Program-made: the position numbers and the translations under genes
In this document: positions 40,556 through 55,213 of the stretch, piece after piece
Layout: the number at the start of each line of letters is the position of its first letter
How positions within the stretch are numbered: position 1 is the first letter of the stretch
Notes under the pieces: generated by a model
The model's input: the letters and a program-made list of their open reading frames with translations, nothing else
Database searches by the model: none
Told to the model about the DNA's origin: nothing
Origin: Octopus vulgaris
Lineage: Eukaryota
Assembly: GCA_951406725.2 (NCBI GenBank)
Contig: OX597824.1
Coordinates: 79,794,001 to 79,858,000, forward strand
DNA length: 64,000 nucleotides
Direction: 5' to 3'

Positions 40556-40962
40556 AGGCGCAGGAGTGGCTGTGTGGTAAGTAGTTTGCTAACCACCACA
40601 TGGTTCCGGGTTCAGTCCCACTGCATGGCATCTTGGGCAAGTGTCTTCTGGTATAGCCCCGGGCCGACCAATGCCTTGTGAGTGGATTTGGTAGACGGAA
40701 ACTGAAAGAAGCCTGTCGTATATATGTATATATATATATGTATGTGTGTGTTTGTGTGTCTGTGTTTGTCCCATAGCATTGCTTGACAACCGATGCTGTT
40801 GTGTTTACGTCCCCGTCACTTAGCGGTTCGGCAAAAGAGACTGATAGAATAAGTACTGGGCTTACAAAAAAGAATAAATCCCGGGGTCGATTTGCTCGGT
40901 TAAAGGCGGTGCTCCAGCATGGCCGCAGTCAAAATGACTGAAACAAGTAAAAGAGTAAAAGA
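40556..40962 (+). mobile_element. SINE family C (tRNA head, CORE-like cttgggcaagt, internal TA/TG microsatellite), full length
   Basis: Box A tggctgtgtgg, box B ggttcagtccc; (gtaaaaga) tail; at least 10 relatives in the window. Confidence 0.9.
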
Positions 40963-41314
40963 AAAGATAAAAGATAGAGTGCCTGGACTAAGTTCAAAAA
41001 GAAACTGCTTCTGAGCAACACGATGTCGCTTCTCTGCTGAACAAATTTCGAGAATGGGAAAACATGAATGGGAAAAATGAATGATTGTTACGTAATTCTG
41101 TGATCATACCAACAAATCTAAGTAACAGCATTTTACGCAATACATATTTCTTCAATTCCATTAAGCATTGCTGAGAAGTTCCATTTATAAATATGAGTTC
41201 AGCGAGTAAAAGTCGTTACAGTAAATACACGTGACCCGGTCGATTAAAAATTTTGAAGCCAGACCGTAGCGCCAGGCGAAATACCGCTAAGCATTTTGCC
41301 AGCTCCTCGCCTTG

Positions 41315-41393
<79 letters not shown>

Positions 41394-41425
41394 TAATAAT
41401 GATAATATAATAATGATGATAATAA

Positions 41426-41462
<37 letters not shown>

Positions 41463-41470
41463 TAATAATG

Positions 41471-41562
<92 letters not shown>

Positions 41563-42120
41563 AATAATAATAACAACAACAGCAACAATAATAATAACAA
41601 TAATAATAATCCACTTTTGCCAAATATTTAGCGTTCTTATAACAGAAATCTATGAAATAAAATTTATTGACATTCAAAATCTTTTATTATTTGTTCACTG
41701 AAAAATATTGCTTTAAAACAATCTGTCTAAACGCCAATTAAAAGCTAATTAAACGGCTTACAGATTAAAAGGAATTTGAAGACCGATAAAGTCTAAATTT
41801 GATTCGAGTCATGATAAATTATGGAAATTGTCTGCAATATAAATAATTAATATTTGCAGATCTTAACATCAAATTTGGTCGTCTATAATGATAATTGTAA
41901 GAAAATGACAGCCGGAAGTAAGAGCCTGTGTTTTTTATGTGCATATTGTTGAGATTTTTAACTTTTTCATTCGCATAGCGTAGGAAAAATATTTTTGAAG
42001 AAAATCTGGTATACGTAATTGAGGCAGATTTAAATAAGAATTAGCACATCTGCAAAAGGTTTTATCCCAGGAAGAGTACAATAGAATCTGGCTTATCAGC
42101 GGTAAATGATATAATAATGA

Positions 42121-42694
42121 CTAAATTTATTTTTGCCTTAATTGCGTATACCTGATTTTTATTCAACTGGGCAGTTATTTGCAGCATCAGTGAATAGTTT
42201 ATTTATTATTTCCTATGTCTGAGATTACGACATCCAAGCATGTAGCTGGCTGTGAGTAGATGTAATTGAGGATGCCCAAGGAGACTGAAATGCATCTGAA
42301 GGTGGGTAGTCTGGCTTCGTCCAGCCCTGCCAACGTACACAATGTGTCTTTTTGATGCCGAGGTAATGGTAGGTGGTCTACCTCGTTTGCTACGGGTGGG
42401 ACAAGCAAATAGAAGATTATTGAGTGAAAGATAGTCATCGGTACAAGTCAGGGCCAGGAGGAGCCCTAGTTCATATACGTCCACATTTTTAAATGTGGAC
42501 GTATATGAATAACGACTACTTTAAATTCATTTTTGCCTTAATTGCGTATACCTGATTTTTATTCAATTGGGCAGTTATTTGCAGCATCAGTGAATAGTTT
42601 ATTCATTATTTCCTATGTCTGAGATGACGACATCCAAGCATGCAGCTGGCTGTGAGTAGATGTCATTCAGGATGCCTAAGGGGAGTGAAATGCA
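42121..42694. repeat. ~172-bp direct repeats (42121-42295, 42522-42694) with an internal 40-bp perfect hairpin (42470-42509)
   Basis: Direct reading. Confidence 0.9.
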
Positions 42695-43079
42695 CCCAGC
42701 ATTCTTACCGCCTGCTACCGGGGAGCCTTGTGATATCCCTCCCTCCGATATTTACCGTGTTTCTAACGAAGTGCTTCTATAACAGATGTTATTTCCTAAC
42801 AAATACCGAAGTACCTGGCACTAAGTATGATAGACAAATGGCTGTTTTTGAAAAGGCCTCTAAAATCGGGCTCCTATGAAGCTGCAATGTTAGCACTGGG
42901 CTTTCGTGGTACGCATATCTAGGAATTTTAACCTTTCCAAACAGGAGTGAAATATGTACGATACACTTATGCATACATGAAATGCTAAGAGTTTCTAAGG
43001 AAAAGCAACAGAAACTGACGGGCTTCCTCCATAACCAATCTTGTTGTGCGCATCTGCAAGGACATATAAAAAGTAATGG

Positions 43080-43143
<64 letters not shown>

Positions 43144-43386
43144 TACACACACACATATATATACACACACACACACACAATACGCATACACACACGTGCA
43201 CAAACATCTTTGTACAAGAGACATGTTTACACAGAACATTAATATAAAGGTGTATAAACCAACATATAAGTACATATACACAAGCATTCTCTGTCTGTCT
43301 GTCTCTCTCTCTCTCTCTGTCGCGCTCTCTCTCTATCTTTCTGTCTCTCTGTCTCTCTCTATCTTTCTGTCTATCTGTCTCTGTCA

Positions 43387-43421
<35 letters not shown>

Positions 43422-43432
43422 ATACACATATA

Positions 43433-43718
43433 TGCGTAGCTTAGTAATTATGTTATTCGGCTCACAATCATAAGGTCGTTAGTTCGATTCCCGCCGATGC
43501 ATCGTGTCCTTCAGCAAGATACTTTATCTCACAGTGCTCCAGTAGAACCTGTATTTCAAAGGGCCAGCTTAATCCCGTCCTGGTTTTACTTAATCTCCTT
43601 GATTAAGGGTACGCGTGTCTGTGGAGTGCTCAGCCACATGCACGTTAATTTCACGAGCTAGCTGTTCTGTTGATCGTATGAAATGGAACACTCGTCGTCG
43701 CAACTGACGGAGTACCAG
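43433..43718 (+). mobile_element. SINE with a different (CORE-like) head carrying family A tail A
   Basis: gttcgattcc box B, tgtccttcagcaag core, then aagggtacgcgtgtctgtggagtgctc..gacggagt. Confidence 0.7.
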
Positions 43719-43804
43719 TTAATTCAACCACATATTTACAAACCTCGGGATCAGTTATAACACAAAAAGTGTTGTTACTTTGTTAGGGACCAGCTCGAAC
43801 CCCA

Positions 43805-43837
43805 ATACATACATACATACATACATACATACATACA

Positions 43838-43871
<34 letters not shown>

Positions 43872-44882
43872 CATACACATAAGTACATACAGGCATACAC
43901 ACATATATGTATACATATATACCTACATAAAAAATACACATACTCACGGGCATACATACATACACGCATACATACACACATACATACATACATACATACA
44001 CACATACATACAAACATACATACATACACACATACATACATTCACACATACATACATACATACATACACACATACATACAAACATGCACACATACATACA
44101 CACATACATTCACACATACATACATACATACATACATACATACACACATACATACAAACACACATACATACATACATACATACATTCACACATACATACA
44201 TACATACATACATACAAACATACATACATACATACACACATACATTTACACATACATACATACATACACACATACATACATACATACATACATACATACA
44301 CATAAGTACATACAGGCATACACACATATATGTATACATATATACCTACATAAAAAACACACATACACACGCGCATACACACTGTGTGTGAGTATGTATA
44401 CACGCATACATACACGCATACATACACGCATACATACACGCATACATGCATACATACATACATACATACACGCATACATACATGCATACACATATATATG
44501 CATACATACATACACGCATACATACACGCATGCATGCATGCATACATATGTACATACATGCATGCATACACACATATATGCATACATACATACCTACATA
44601 AATTACACATGCACACGCGCATACACACATATATACATACACGCATTCATACACACATACATTCATGCATACATACATACATACGTACGTACATGCATGC
44701 ATACACACATATATATGCATACATACATGCCTACATACAACCTCACTTACATACGCACATACATGCATACGTACGTACGTATATACATGTATGCATGCAT
44801 ACACGCATATGTGCATACATACATACATACACACATACACACACATGCATACATACATGCATGCTTGCACATGTATACATAT
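43805..44882. repeat. (TACA)n-derived compound satellite
   Basis: Direct reading. Confidence 0.96.
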
Positions 44883-44968
44883 TTACAGAGAAATGATGGG
44901 AAAATGGAGAGAAAATGATATGAGATGAGCGGGAGGCAGGCAGAAACAGAGAAAGGGTAAGATATCTT

Positions 44969-45006
<38 letters not shown>

Positions 45007-45199
45007 GTAAACTTTAGGTGTGTAAATATATGGTCTATTCTATATATGTCTTCATGTGAATATTACTATGTAGACATGTTAGTAGTATACTAGTGTGTGT
45101 ATGTGTGTTTGTGTATTGAAACGAAACTGCATGCACGAAATTGAAAAAAATGTATAAATATTCATGACTCGATGTATGTACATATTGGTTTGTGCGCAT

Positions 45200-45276
<77 letters not shown>

Positions 45277-45485
45277 GATACACATATAACATGTGTGTGT
45301 GTGTGTTCATGTATACGTCGTATTGATTTATTATTTTACGTGCAAAATCATAAAAATGCTATATGCATGCTTGTTTGGGAAATGTCCACAAATGTTATAT
45401 ATATACATTCATACATACACACAAACATACATATATACATACATACGTACCCAAATACATATATACAAATACATGTGCTTATATA

Positions 45486-45567
<82 letters not shown>

Positions 45568-45631
45568 TCCCGGGTTGATTCGGGGTTAACCACAGTAAGT
45601 AAGGTACTCAATACATAGCAGAGTAAAATTA

Positions 45632-45770
45632 ATTTATTATATAGAAGGAGCTTCTACAGGACTAGTACTGTTTCATTCAAGAGAAATCTTCAGGAAGCTC
45701 CTGAAGATTTCTTCCTGAAGATTTCTCTTGAATGAAACAGTACTAGTCCTGTAGAAGCTCCTTCTATATA

Positions 45771-45776
<6 letters not shown>
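45632..45776. repeat. Perfect fold-back inverted repeat inside (TA)n, probable Penelope-like end
   Basis: 66-bp arms at 45632-45697 and 45711-45776; the 13-bp spacer repeats part of the arm. Confidence 0.93.
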
Positions 45777-45813
<37 letters not shown>

Positions 45814-45869
45814 TAGATAGATAGATAGATATACGTACATAGATTCATAAATATATGTACGCGTATTCA

Positions 45870-45920
<51 letters not shown>

Positions 45921-46514
45921 AATTTAATGTACTAGTTACCGGTTATCTTATGGTATTTATAAAAGTAGTCACACACCACGTGATACATACACAAAGACAC
46001 ACACACACAAACACATACGTACACAAACACTTCCAACACAATAAAAAAACACATACACATATATTTGTCGACGCTTATATGCGTCTGTGTTAGCATATCT
46101 AAGCACACAAACACACACACATAGACATGCACACACGTTTCTCCCCACATATGTGCGTACAGGCGTTTAACGCGGTAGTGTACAAAGCAAGAATACAATC
46201 AGGAAGGCCACAGACAAAAGCAAAAACGCAAAGAACGAAACCTCACCAAAGTACAAGTCTGACAAAAACCAATCAGAACAGAAGGCAAAACAATAGCACA
46301 ATACACTATATTAAGAAGAAAATAACCATCTCATATGATACTGAACGTGTGTATATGTTTCATATAAAATATATACGGGTTGTATGTTTCTGCGTGTATA
46401 TATCCATATATCATATATAGCTATACACAAAAATGTATATATATATATTTATATATATATACATATATATATATACATATATATAAACACACATATGTGT
46501 ATATATATACATAC

Positions 46515-46545
<31 letters not shown>

Positions 46546-46583
46546 GATATATATGTATAGATATGCATATGTATATATGTAAA

Positions 46584-46660
<77 letters not shown>

Positions 46661-46889
46661 CTATGTATATATATATAAATATTTAGATATACACATATAT
46701 ATTAAAGTTTCACATATGCACACGCACACACAGACACACACACAGACACACACACATATATATTGCTTTTTATACACATACATATATATATATTACATAG
46801 ATAAATATATACATGTATATATACGCATATTTACACATACAGGCATACATGCATACATACGTGCATGTGTACAAATATACATATACCCT

Positions 46890-46924
<35 letters not shown>

Positions 46925-47374
46925 ATCTATATACATATATATACATATATAAACACATGTACATGCATATACTCTTCTTGAAGGTGGTGTAGAAAGAGAG
47001 AATGAAAGTGAGAGAGAGATAGAGAAAGAGAGAAAATGGATAGAGATGCATGAACACACAATTACACATGCACACATACTAGCACTAACACACACACTCA
47101 CTCACACATACGCACATACATTCACACAAGCGCGCACCAACACAAACACATACGCACTCACAGATGTCAGTGATTTGGAAGGCAAATCAACAATTTTTGA
47201 AATGGATCAATTACGAAGAGAAATGTGTCGCTGCCTGGTCCTCACATTGCATCTCTTTTCACTTCCGGCCAATAATTTCCGTTCTGTTCTCCTATTGTAT
47301 TCAGTCGCATCAACTGGGCAGGAAATGATGATGTCATACACACGCGTATATATATGCATGTGTGTATGTGTGTA

Positions 47375-47436
<62 letters not shown>

Positions 47437-47766
47437 GTGTGTGCGTGTGGGTCTGTGTGTGCGTTGAAATGTGCAAGTGTGGAGGCATAGTGTCGTAAGT
47501 TCGTGCCTATGTGTGTGTGTGTGTGTGTGCTTGTGTATGAGTGTGTATTTGTAAATGTGCTCTTGTGCGTGTCCCTGTGCATGTACATATTTATGTATGC
47601 GTGTATATATATATATATATATGTAAAGATGTATATATATTTATATACACACACACATATATATATGTATATATATATATATATGTGTGTGTGTATGTGT
47701 ATATTTATACATATGCATATACATATACATATGCGCACGCGAGGACATACACACGCATATATATAT

Positions 47767-47803
<37 letters not shown>

Positions 47804-47917
47804 AACACAGAACGATGCATATAAGTACACATATGTGAGTATAGCTGTCTATTTGTGTAACTACCTGTCTGCCAGTCTTTCTGTGTCTGTCTGTCTCCAT
47901 CAGTATATATACATACA

Positions 47918-47953
<36 letters not shown>

Positions 47954-48459
47954 TAAATATATGTATATATATATATATATATGCATATATATATGTATGC
48001 ATATATATATATTCATATATACACGCACATGTGCGTGTGTACTTGACTGTGTGCGTGTGCATATATATGTGTATGTATGTGTGTGTGTGTGTGTATGTGC
48101 GTGTGTGTGTGTGTCTGCTTGTTAGTATTGCCATCATCCGTATGCATGATAATAGTGACGGTTGCTTCTGATTTAGGCAAGAGGTCAACCATTTTGATCG
48201 GTAGAACTTAATCGATTCCATCCACATTAGTACTTGACTGGTACTTTATTTTAATTTTCTTTTCAACCCCGGAAGGATGAAATGTAAATTTGATGGTGGT
48301 GGAAATGGAACTCACAATATAAAGAGCCGGAATAAATATCGAAAGGCATTTTGTCCGGCGCTCTAACGAGTCTATCAATTTTCCCCACATACGATAGGCA
48401 TATCCCACCATTTTTCACCCCCTCCCAGCCCAACCTCCATCACCCCAACCCCACTATCA

Positions 48460-48945
48460 CCCTAGCAGCTCTACCAAAATCATCATAACCACCACCACCA
48501 CCACCACCACCACCATAATCATATCTATCACCACTATCACCACAACCATCGCTTCCAACATCATAACCCCTATCATCGCTACCACCCTTACCACCATCAT
48601 ATCCACAACTATTGATACCACTGAAACCCTCACTTCCGCCACCGTCCGTCACCACCACCACCACCCCACACCACCACCACCACCACTACCACCACCACCA
48701 CCACCACCACCACAACCATCGCTTCCAACATCATAACTCCTACCGTCACTACCACCCTAACCACCATCTTATCCGCGACCATTGCTACCACTGAAACTCT
48801 CACTTCTGCCACCATCACCACCACCACCACCACCACCACCGCCATCACCATCACCATTACTAATAAAGACAACAATAGCGGCCGCAGCAATAACATTCTA
48901 CTATCGCCACCGCCATCTCCACTACCATCAACTCCACCATCATGA
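48460..48945. repeat. Degenerate (ACC)n field with a ~170-bp duplication
   Basis: cacaaccatcgcttccaacatcataac..ccactgaaac present twice. Confidence 0.9.
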
Positions 48946-48999
48946 ACATAACCGTCACTTTCACTTCGAACAAGACCACAGTATTTTTGGTTGTCATAC

Positions 49000-49183
49000 C
49001 ATAAGTTGGCCTGATCTATCTTCTTGGCCTTTTCTAAGCTATTCGACGATTTACTACTGTATAGCGGACATATCCCATTTTTATCATTCTCTATGACGGC
49101 CTTGTATTTAGCCCTGGCTCCTTTGAACACTTTGATCCCGTCCCCTTTGGCTGTACACTCCGCCAAACTACACAACCTGGCGA
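49000..49183 (-). CDS. Candidate internal coding exon, unknown protein (ARLCSLAECTAKGDGIKVFKGARAKYKAVIENDKNGICPLYSSKSSNSLEKAKKIDQANL)
   Basis: Long polypyrimidine acceptor ttttttcccttctctcattctatcttcag, 60 open non-repetitive codons, donor tg|gtatga; no family recognised. Confidence 0.4.
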
Positions 49184-50224
49184 CTGAAGATAGAATGAGA
49201 GAAGGGAAAAAAGACAGATATTAACAGTATAAAACAAATGCATATACACACGCAAGACATGCACTCACATACTAAAGACGGAATGAGAAAATAAAAAAAT
49301 AAACGAATAAAAACTAAATAAAAGAAACGGGTACAAATGGTGTAGTTAGAAAACCCAGATACACGCACACAAAACACACATACTAAGCACACACACACAC
49401 ACACACACACACGCACGCACACACAACCACACAGATACAGGTATAAACGCATGCGCAGGTAAAGATACACATCACAAAAAGACAAAGTGGACTAAACAGA
49501 ACAGGAGGAGAAACATAGGATAGAGAGTTGTTGAAGAGGTCACAGGATGTGTGACAAAAGATTTCAGACAAAGGTCACTAAAATAAGAATAATAAAGTTG
49601 AAGTGAAGACCATATATGCAGTGCGTGTGTTTAACTGGTAAAACATATGACCGTCCCCAAATATAACAATATCTGTTTCAACTCGATCTCAGATAAGAAA
49701 TCTTGCAAAACAAATACAAAAAGACGAAAGGCTATAAAAATAAAAATTCAACAAGAAAAATATACAAGAAAAGGAGAAATACCTCAATAGTTGACCCCAA
49801 AACCCTCGGGTAATTCCGGGGCGTAACCCCAAACAAATGCTCCGATTACTTTGCTGGATCCAAGGCATCAAAAATGCTTTCTTACATTTCTTTCCACATT
49901 CAGAGTAGTCCCATTTAATTCTGCTAAACTTGCCTCTTCCACCTATCTTTTGTCAGACATATGAAATTGTAGTTCTTCTTCCTCTACCCTTATCTGTCTG
50001 TCTGCCTACCTGTCTGTCTGTCTGTCTGTCTGTCTGTCTTTCTTTCTCTCGATAACTGCTATTTGAAGAAGTTGATGAGAATGGATAGTACCTGTTTTCA
50101 ACAAAATCTGATAAGGACCCATAATGGCCAGATAGACTCTTCAGTAACAATGGAGGGCAGTTTCACCAATAGCTGAACAATGAAATCTGGAGAATGATGT
50201 GGTAAATATCGTAGGAGCAGGGAA

Positions 50225-50800
50225 CTTTTGGCCAGGTATTTGGAGCAAGGAAGTTCAACATAACAGGGAAGTAGAATGTTGTAGAAAAAAGTGAAAAGGA
50301 AAATAGGCCATAATAAGAAAATATATTACAGATCAAAATGTGAAGGACATGCTTACAAATAGAACATTGGAAGTCTCTGGACCATATGGCTTTAAAATGC
50401 CTCAGCTATATACAACCGTGTTCTTACTGACTATAGAAATTGGAACATCTATATGGATGATGAAAGGTCAGACAGTGCCACTACAGAGGAACAAAGAAAG
50501 GGAGGAGGAAGACAGTAATTATAGGCCTGTTAATGCTTACCATTACTTTGGAAATTATTGACTGGCCTCATGAATTGTATAGTTTTTCTGAAGAAGAATC
50601 TATTACCAGAAGAGCAAAAGGGATGCAGAATGAAGTTAAGGGAAAACTGCTGGTCTGTTGTATATCGATAGCATGATGTTAAGTGAGATACGAATAAGGA
50701 AGAATGGCAGCTGTTGATTGGATAGATTACAAGATGGGTTGTGATGATGTTCCATACTGCTGGCTCTTGCTCTTGGAGGTCCAGAGAAAGCATGAGGTTA
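50225..50800 (+). mobile_element. Decayed R4/Dong-like non-LTR reverse transcriptase fragment
   Basis: Frameshifted motifs FWPGIWSK, KGQTVPL, SNYRP, LLPEEQKGC, WIDYK..DDVP. Confidence 0.7.
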
Positions 50801-50822
50801 ATGAAAAGATTAGCAGTTTTAT

Positions 50823-51004
50823 ATTTCGTCTGCCGTTACGTTCTGAGTTCAAATTCCGCCGAGGTCGACTTTGCCTTTCATCCTTTCGGGGTCGATAAAG
50901 TAAATACCAGTTACACACTGGGGTCGATGTAATCGACTTAATAACCTTTGTCTGTCCTTGTTTGCCCCCTCTATGTTTAGCCCCTTGTGAGTAATAAAGA
51001 AATA
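50823..51004 (+). mobile_element. Headless SINE B unit monomer
   Basis: One ~182-bp unit; 16-bp TSD (14/16 match) agattagcagttttat / agattaacagctttat. Confidence 0.85.
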
Positions 51005-52341
51005 AGATTAACAGCTTTATTTTGTTTCTAGAAATAAGCAATACGATCATGGGATGTAGAATAAAAATGACAAATCATTAGGAAATGGGAAAATTCGCAA
51101 GGGAATATTTCAAGGAAACTAGCTCACTCCATTACTTTTCGTCATTGCGTTAATGTCTCTGATGACAAGCATATTGAGAAAAGATCTAGGCATGACTATG
51201 GACTCACTTTTATTAATCTTTACCTTTATCAGATTCTTTTAATGACATCTTCCTGCGCCAATAAACTTAACAATTCAGTCTCACGTTTCAGATTTCCATC
51301 TGTCGGCCACAACCAGCGTTCTTTACGTCTTCCAATATCATCGGTTTGTTACATGAACTAGCCATGTAATTCTTCTTCTTTTCAAGTACATATCCTGCCC
51401 TTATATTTTCGGTCCTTGAATTCTCTTACTGTTTCAAAGTTTTTAGGGTATTCTTGGCTGCAGACAATATTCTTTCTTTACTATGTACAACATAGTTTTT
51501 TAAACCCAGGATCGCAGCGCTGATATTTTCTTCTGCGTTTTACAAACCTCTATTCCCTTCCTTTCTTGGTTGGTAGAGTCTGTTGGTATCCTTTTTAGAA
51601 AAAGGATCAGAGTGCTTCCGCACTGACATGACCCACGTATTCCTTGCCTTGTTGAATTCTCTTTATTTAGTTTTCTTTCCAGCATCTTTCTGGTTTTGTG
51701 TACTCTTTGGAAATATTTTCTCTGCATTCTTCTTTTTTTACTTTATCGTTCTGTAGCAAATCTTTCTACTTGTATCCCTCAGTGGTACAATGATATCATC
51801 TTGTGGTATTATTATACAAACAGATCTAATATTTTGGTATCTTTTAATAGTAAAACTGCACATTTATTAACCCAAAGTTGCATATTAACATTCTTGCTAA
51901 TTATTCAGTATCAATGCCAGAAATGTGACTGATGTATGGAATAATTTATTAATCTGACACCAGTATACCACTGGTTCTTATTTCATCGAAATGATAGTGA
52001 AAAATCGACAGTTGAAAAATTCGAATTCAGAACATTGAAGAGAGTGACTACATATCACAAGACATTTCTTCTGGCGCTATGACAGTTCCGCCAATCAAAC
52101 GATATATGTTGACAAATTTATTTTTACATGGAGTATAGAAATACAGAAAACTAAGGGGAGAATGCATTGTTTTTAAAACCCAACAGCTGTTTCTGGGAGC
52201 TCAGAATTATGTAATAGTTGTGATGTACATTATTAGCTGGATATGCAACCAGTTGATGGATACATAGAGACATGACCACAATACTGACTTCCTTCACCAT
52301 GTGGGAAAATTGCTAGTTTGCAGTTTATATCGTGGTACAAG

Positions 52342-52376
<35 letters not shown>

Positions 52377-53216
52377 CACACGCACACACACACGCAGGCA
52401 CACTCACACACACGTGTGCGCGCAGACATATATACACACGACGTTTTTCCACACAGATTTCCGTGCGTCGAATTTACTCACAATTCATTGACCGGTATGC
52501 AGGGTTATAGTGGAAAAACTTGGCCAAGGTACCATGCAGCGGATTTGAACAAGAAACGACGTTGCTGCAAGGCAAATTTCTTTACGAGATACTGATGTCC
52601 ACACCTATGTATCACTTTTAAAACAAAATATACAAATCAATATACCTAATCCCCCTCTCTCTTTCTTTCTCTCTGTATGTATGTGATTGTACACATACAC
52701 ACATATTACACACACACACACATACATGCATACACACACATATTACACTCCCACACACACATACAAGCGCACATATATAGCGCTTAGTATTCTTAGTACT
52801 ATACACATAGCGATGCATTATTTCGGTTTGGCAGCCATATTGCCTATGTTCTCGTTGTTATGAATTAAATTTTCAATGACAAGGTTTTATTCCAAATAAT
52901 AGACTAATCTTTTCCCCACCTTTTCTTTTTTATCCCTTATTTTTATCGCATTAACTATGGATGCTTTGAAAATTTAAAGAATATGGCAGGCCTCTACGTT
53001 ATGGCAATAAATCTTTTTTCCTTATAAGCTTACATCGAGGATGGGAAAGTCTGTGTGAATACGTGTGCATATACACATAATCATATATGTGTATGTATAT
53101 ATATATATATATATATATGCGTGTGTGTATGTGTGTGTGTGTGTGTGTGTGAGTCTGTGCGCATGATTTATATATTATAATATGCACATATATATGTATA
53201 CATAAATATGCTTATA

Positions 53217-53276
<60 letters not shown>

Positions 53277-53791
53277 CACATACTTACATATATATATATA
53301 TATATATGCATATATCTATCTATCTATCTATCTATCTATATATATATATATGTAAATATATGTGTATGTGTATATGTATGAGTGCGTACACACACACACA
53401 CAAACATATATATCCGCATATATTATAGACGCAAGCGTGTTTAAGTTTCCATCTATACATAGTACATTAAGTACATTCGTATTCTACATGCATATATACA
53501 TACATAGAGATATATACTCACATGTGTATATATATGCATGTACGTACAAGAATTTTAGTTTCTGTATATGTGCAGTTATTCAATTATTATCAGGAAAGTA
53601 TATGTACAAAAAAAAAAAAATATATTTTTCAATTTCAATTATTCCTAGAATTTTTATATACTAAAAGTAGGGATGGCCTCTAAAATATTCATATATGCAG
53701 ACACGCAGATTAGCACGTACATTCGCACGCATGCATGTATACATATTATATACACACAATAATACTACTTATATGTGTATGTACGTATGCG

Positions 53792-53891
<100 letters not shown>

Positions 53892-54173
53892 AGGTGCAGC
53901 TATCTATCTTTTTATGTATACTTTTTACATAAATACATATACAGACATGCAAACACACATATACACATATGTTTGCCAACATATGTATATATATTTGCTT
54001 GGCTTGAATATTTGCAATAAATATCAATATCCCCTTTTAGACATAGGCACTCACATACAAATGTTTCATATACATACACACATACATACATACATATATG
54101 CATAAATATGTATATATATATATATACATGCATACGTACATATATATATATGTATATACATATATATATATAC

Positions 54174-54231
<58 letters not shown>

Positions 54232-54627
54232 ACTCTAACACATACACATGTTGCAAAATTAAATTTCGCAATAGCGATTTCTTTTCACACAGGACAATAA
54301 CCTTTCCCGTATTGAGCCGATCTGATTCTGAAGAATTCACAATGATATTAAGTTGTCTTTTATTTTCTGTCAATTTTCGTTCTATTTTCCTTTTTATTTA
54401 AGACAAGGAAAAAAAAAAACTTTGAAAAATTGACTAATTATTTTGTTGTAACTATGCAAAAAGTGTTCGACTGTATATGACACATTTTGTTTGTGCCAAA
54501 AAACCGCGTCGATTAGAAGAAATGGAACTTTAGAGAACCCAAAAAAAATAAAGAGAATAAAAAAAAAATGGAAAATGTAATAAATCTTGAAGGATGTCAA
54601 ATTAATTTGTTTGCAAAATAATTCAGT

Positions 54628-55050
54628 TTGGTGATGGTGATGGTGATGGTGATGGTGATGGTGGTGACGGTAGTGATGGTTGCAGTGGTGATGGTGGTGG
54701 TACTACTACTACTACTACTACTACTATTACTACTACTAGCATTATCACCAAATACTACTACTACTACTAGGACTACTATTACCACTGCTGTGCCTGCTAT
54801 CACCACTACCACCACCACCACCATCACCATCACCACAACCTCTACCACCACCACCACCACCACCACCACCAAGGACACGACGACGACGACCACCACCACC
54901 ACCACCATCACCACAGCCTCTACCACCACAACCTCTACCACCACCACCACCACCACCACCACCACAACCTCTACCACCACCACCACCACCACCACCACCA
55001 CCACTACTACAACAACAACAACTACTACTACTACAACTGCTACTGCTGTA
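54628..55050. repeat. (GGTGAT)n then (ACC/ACT)n field
   Basis: Direct reading. Confidence 0.95.
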
Positions 55051-55213
55051 AAAAAGCAAAGTCGACCTCGGCGGAATTTGAAACCCGGACGTAACGGCAG
55101 ACGAAATACCGCTAAGCATTTCGCCCGGTTTCCAGTTAAACTAGTGCGCAGATAGGTTTCTTGTATTGGGAGAGGTGCGTTCAGCTTCCAGTAACCAGGT
55201 ATCTGTCTGAATT

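Noticed and set aside
47162-47313. Minus-strand exon suggested by a GTGAGT donor
   Set aside because: All three frames from the nearest acceptor contain stops, and the donor lies in a CA-rich repeat
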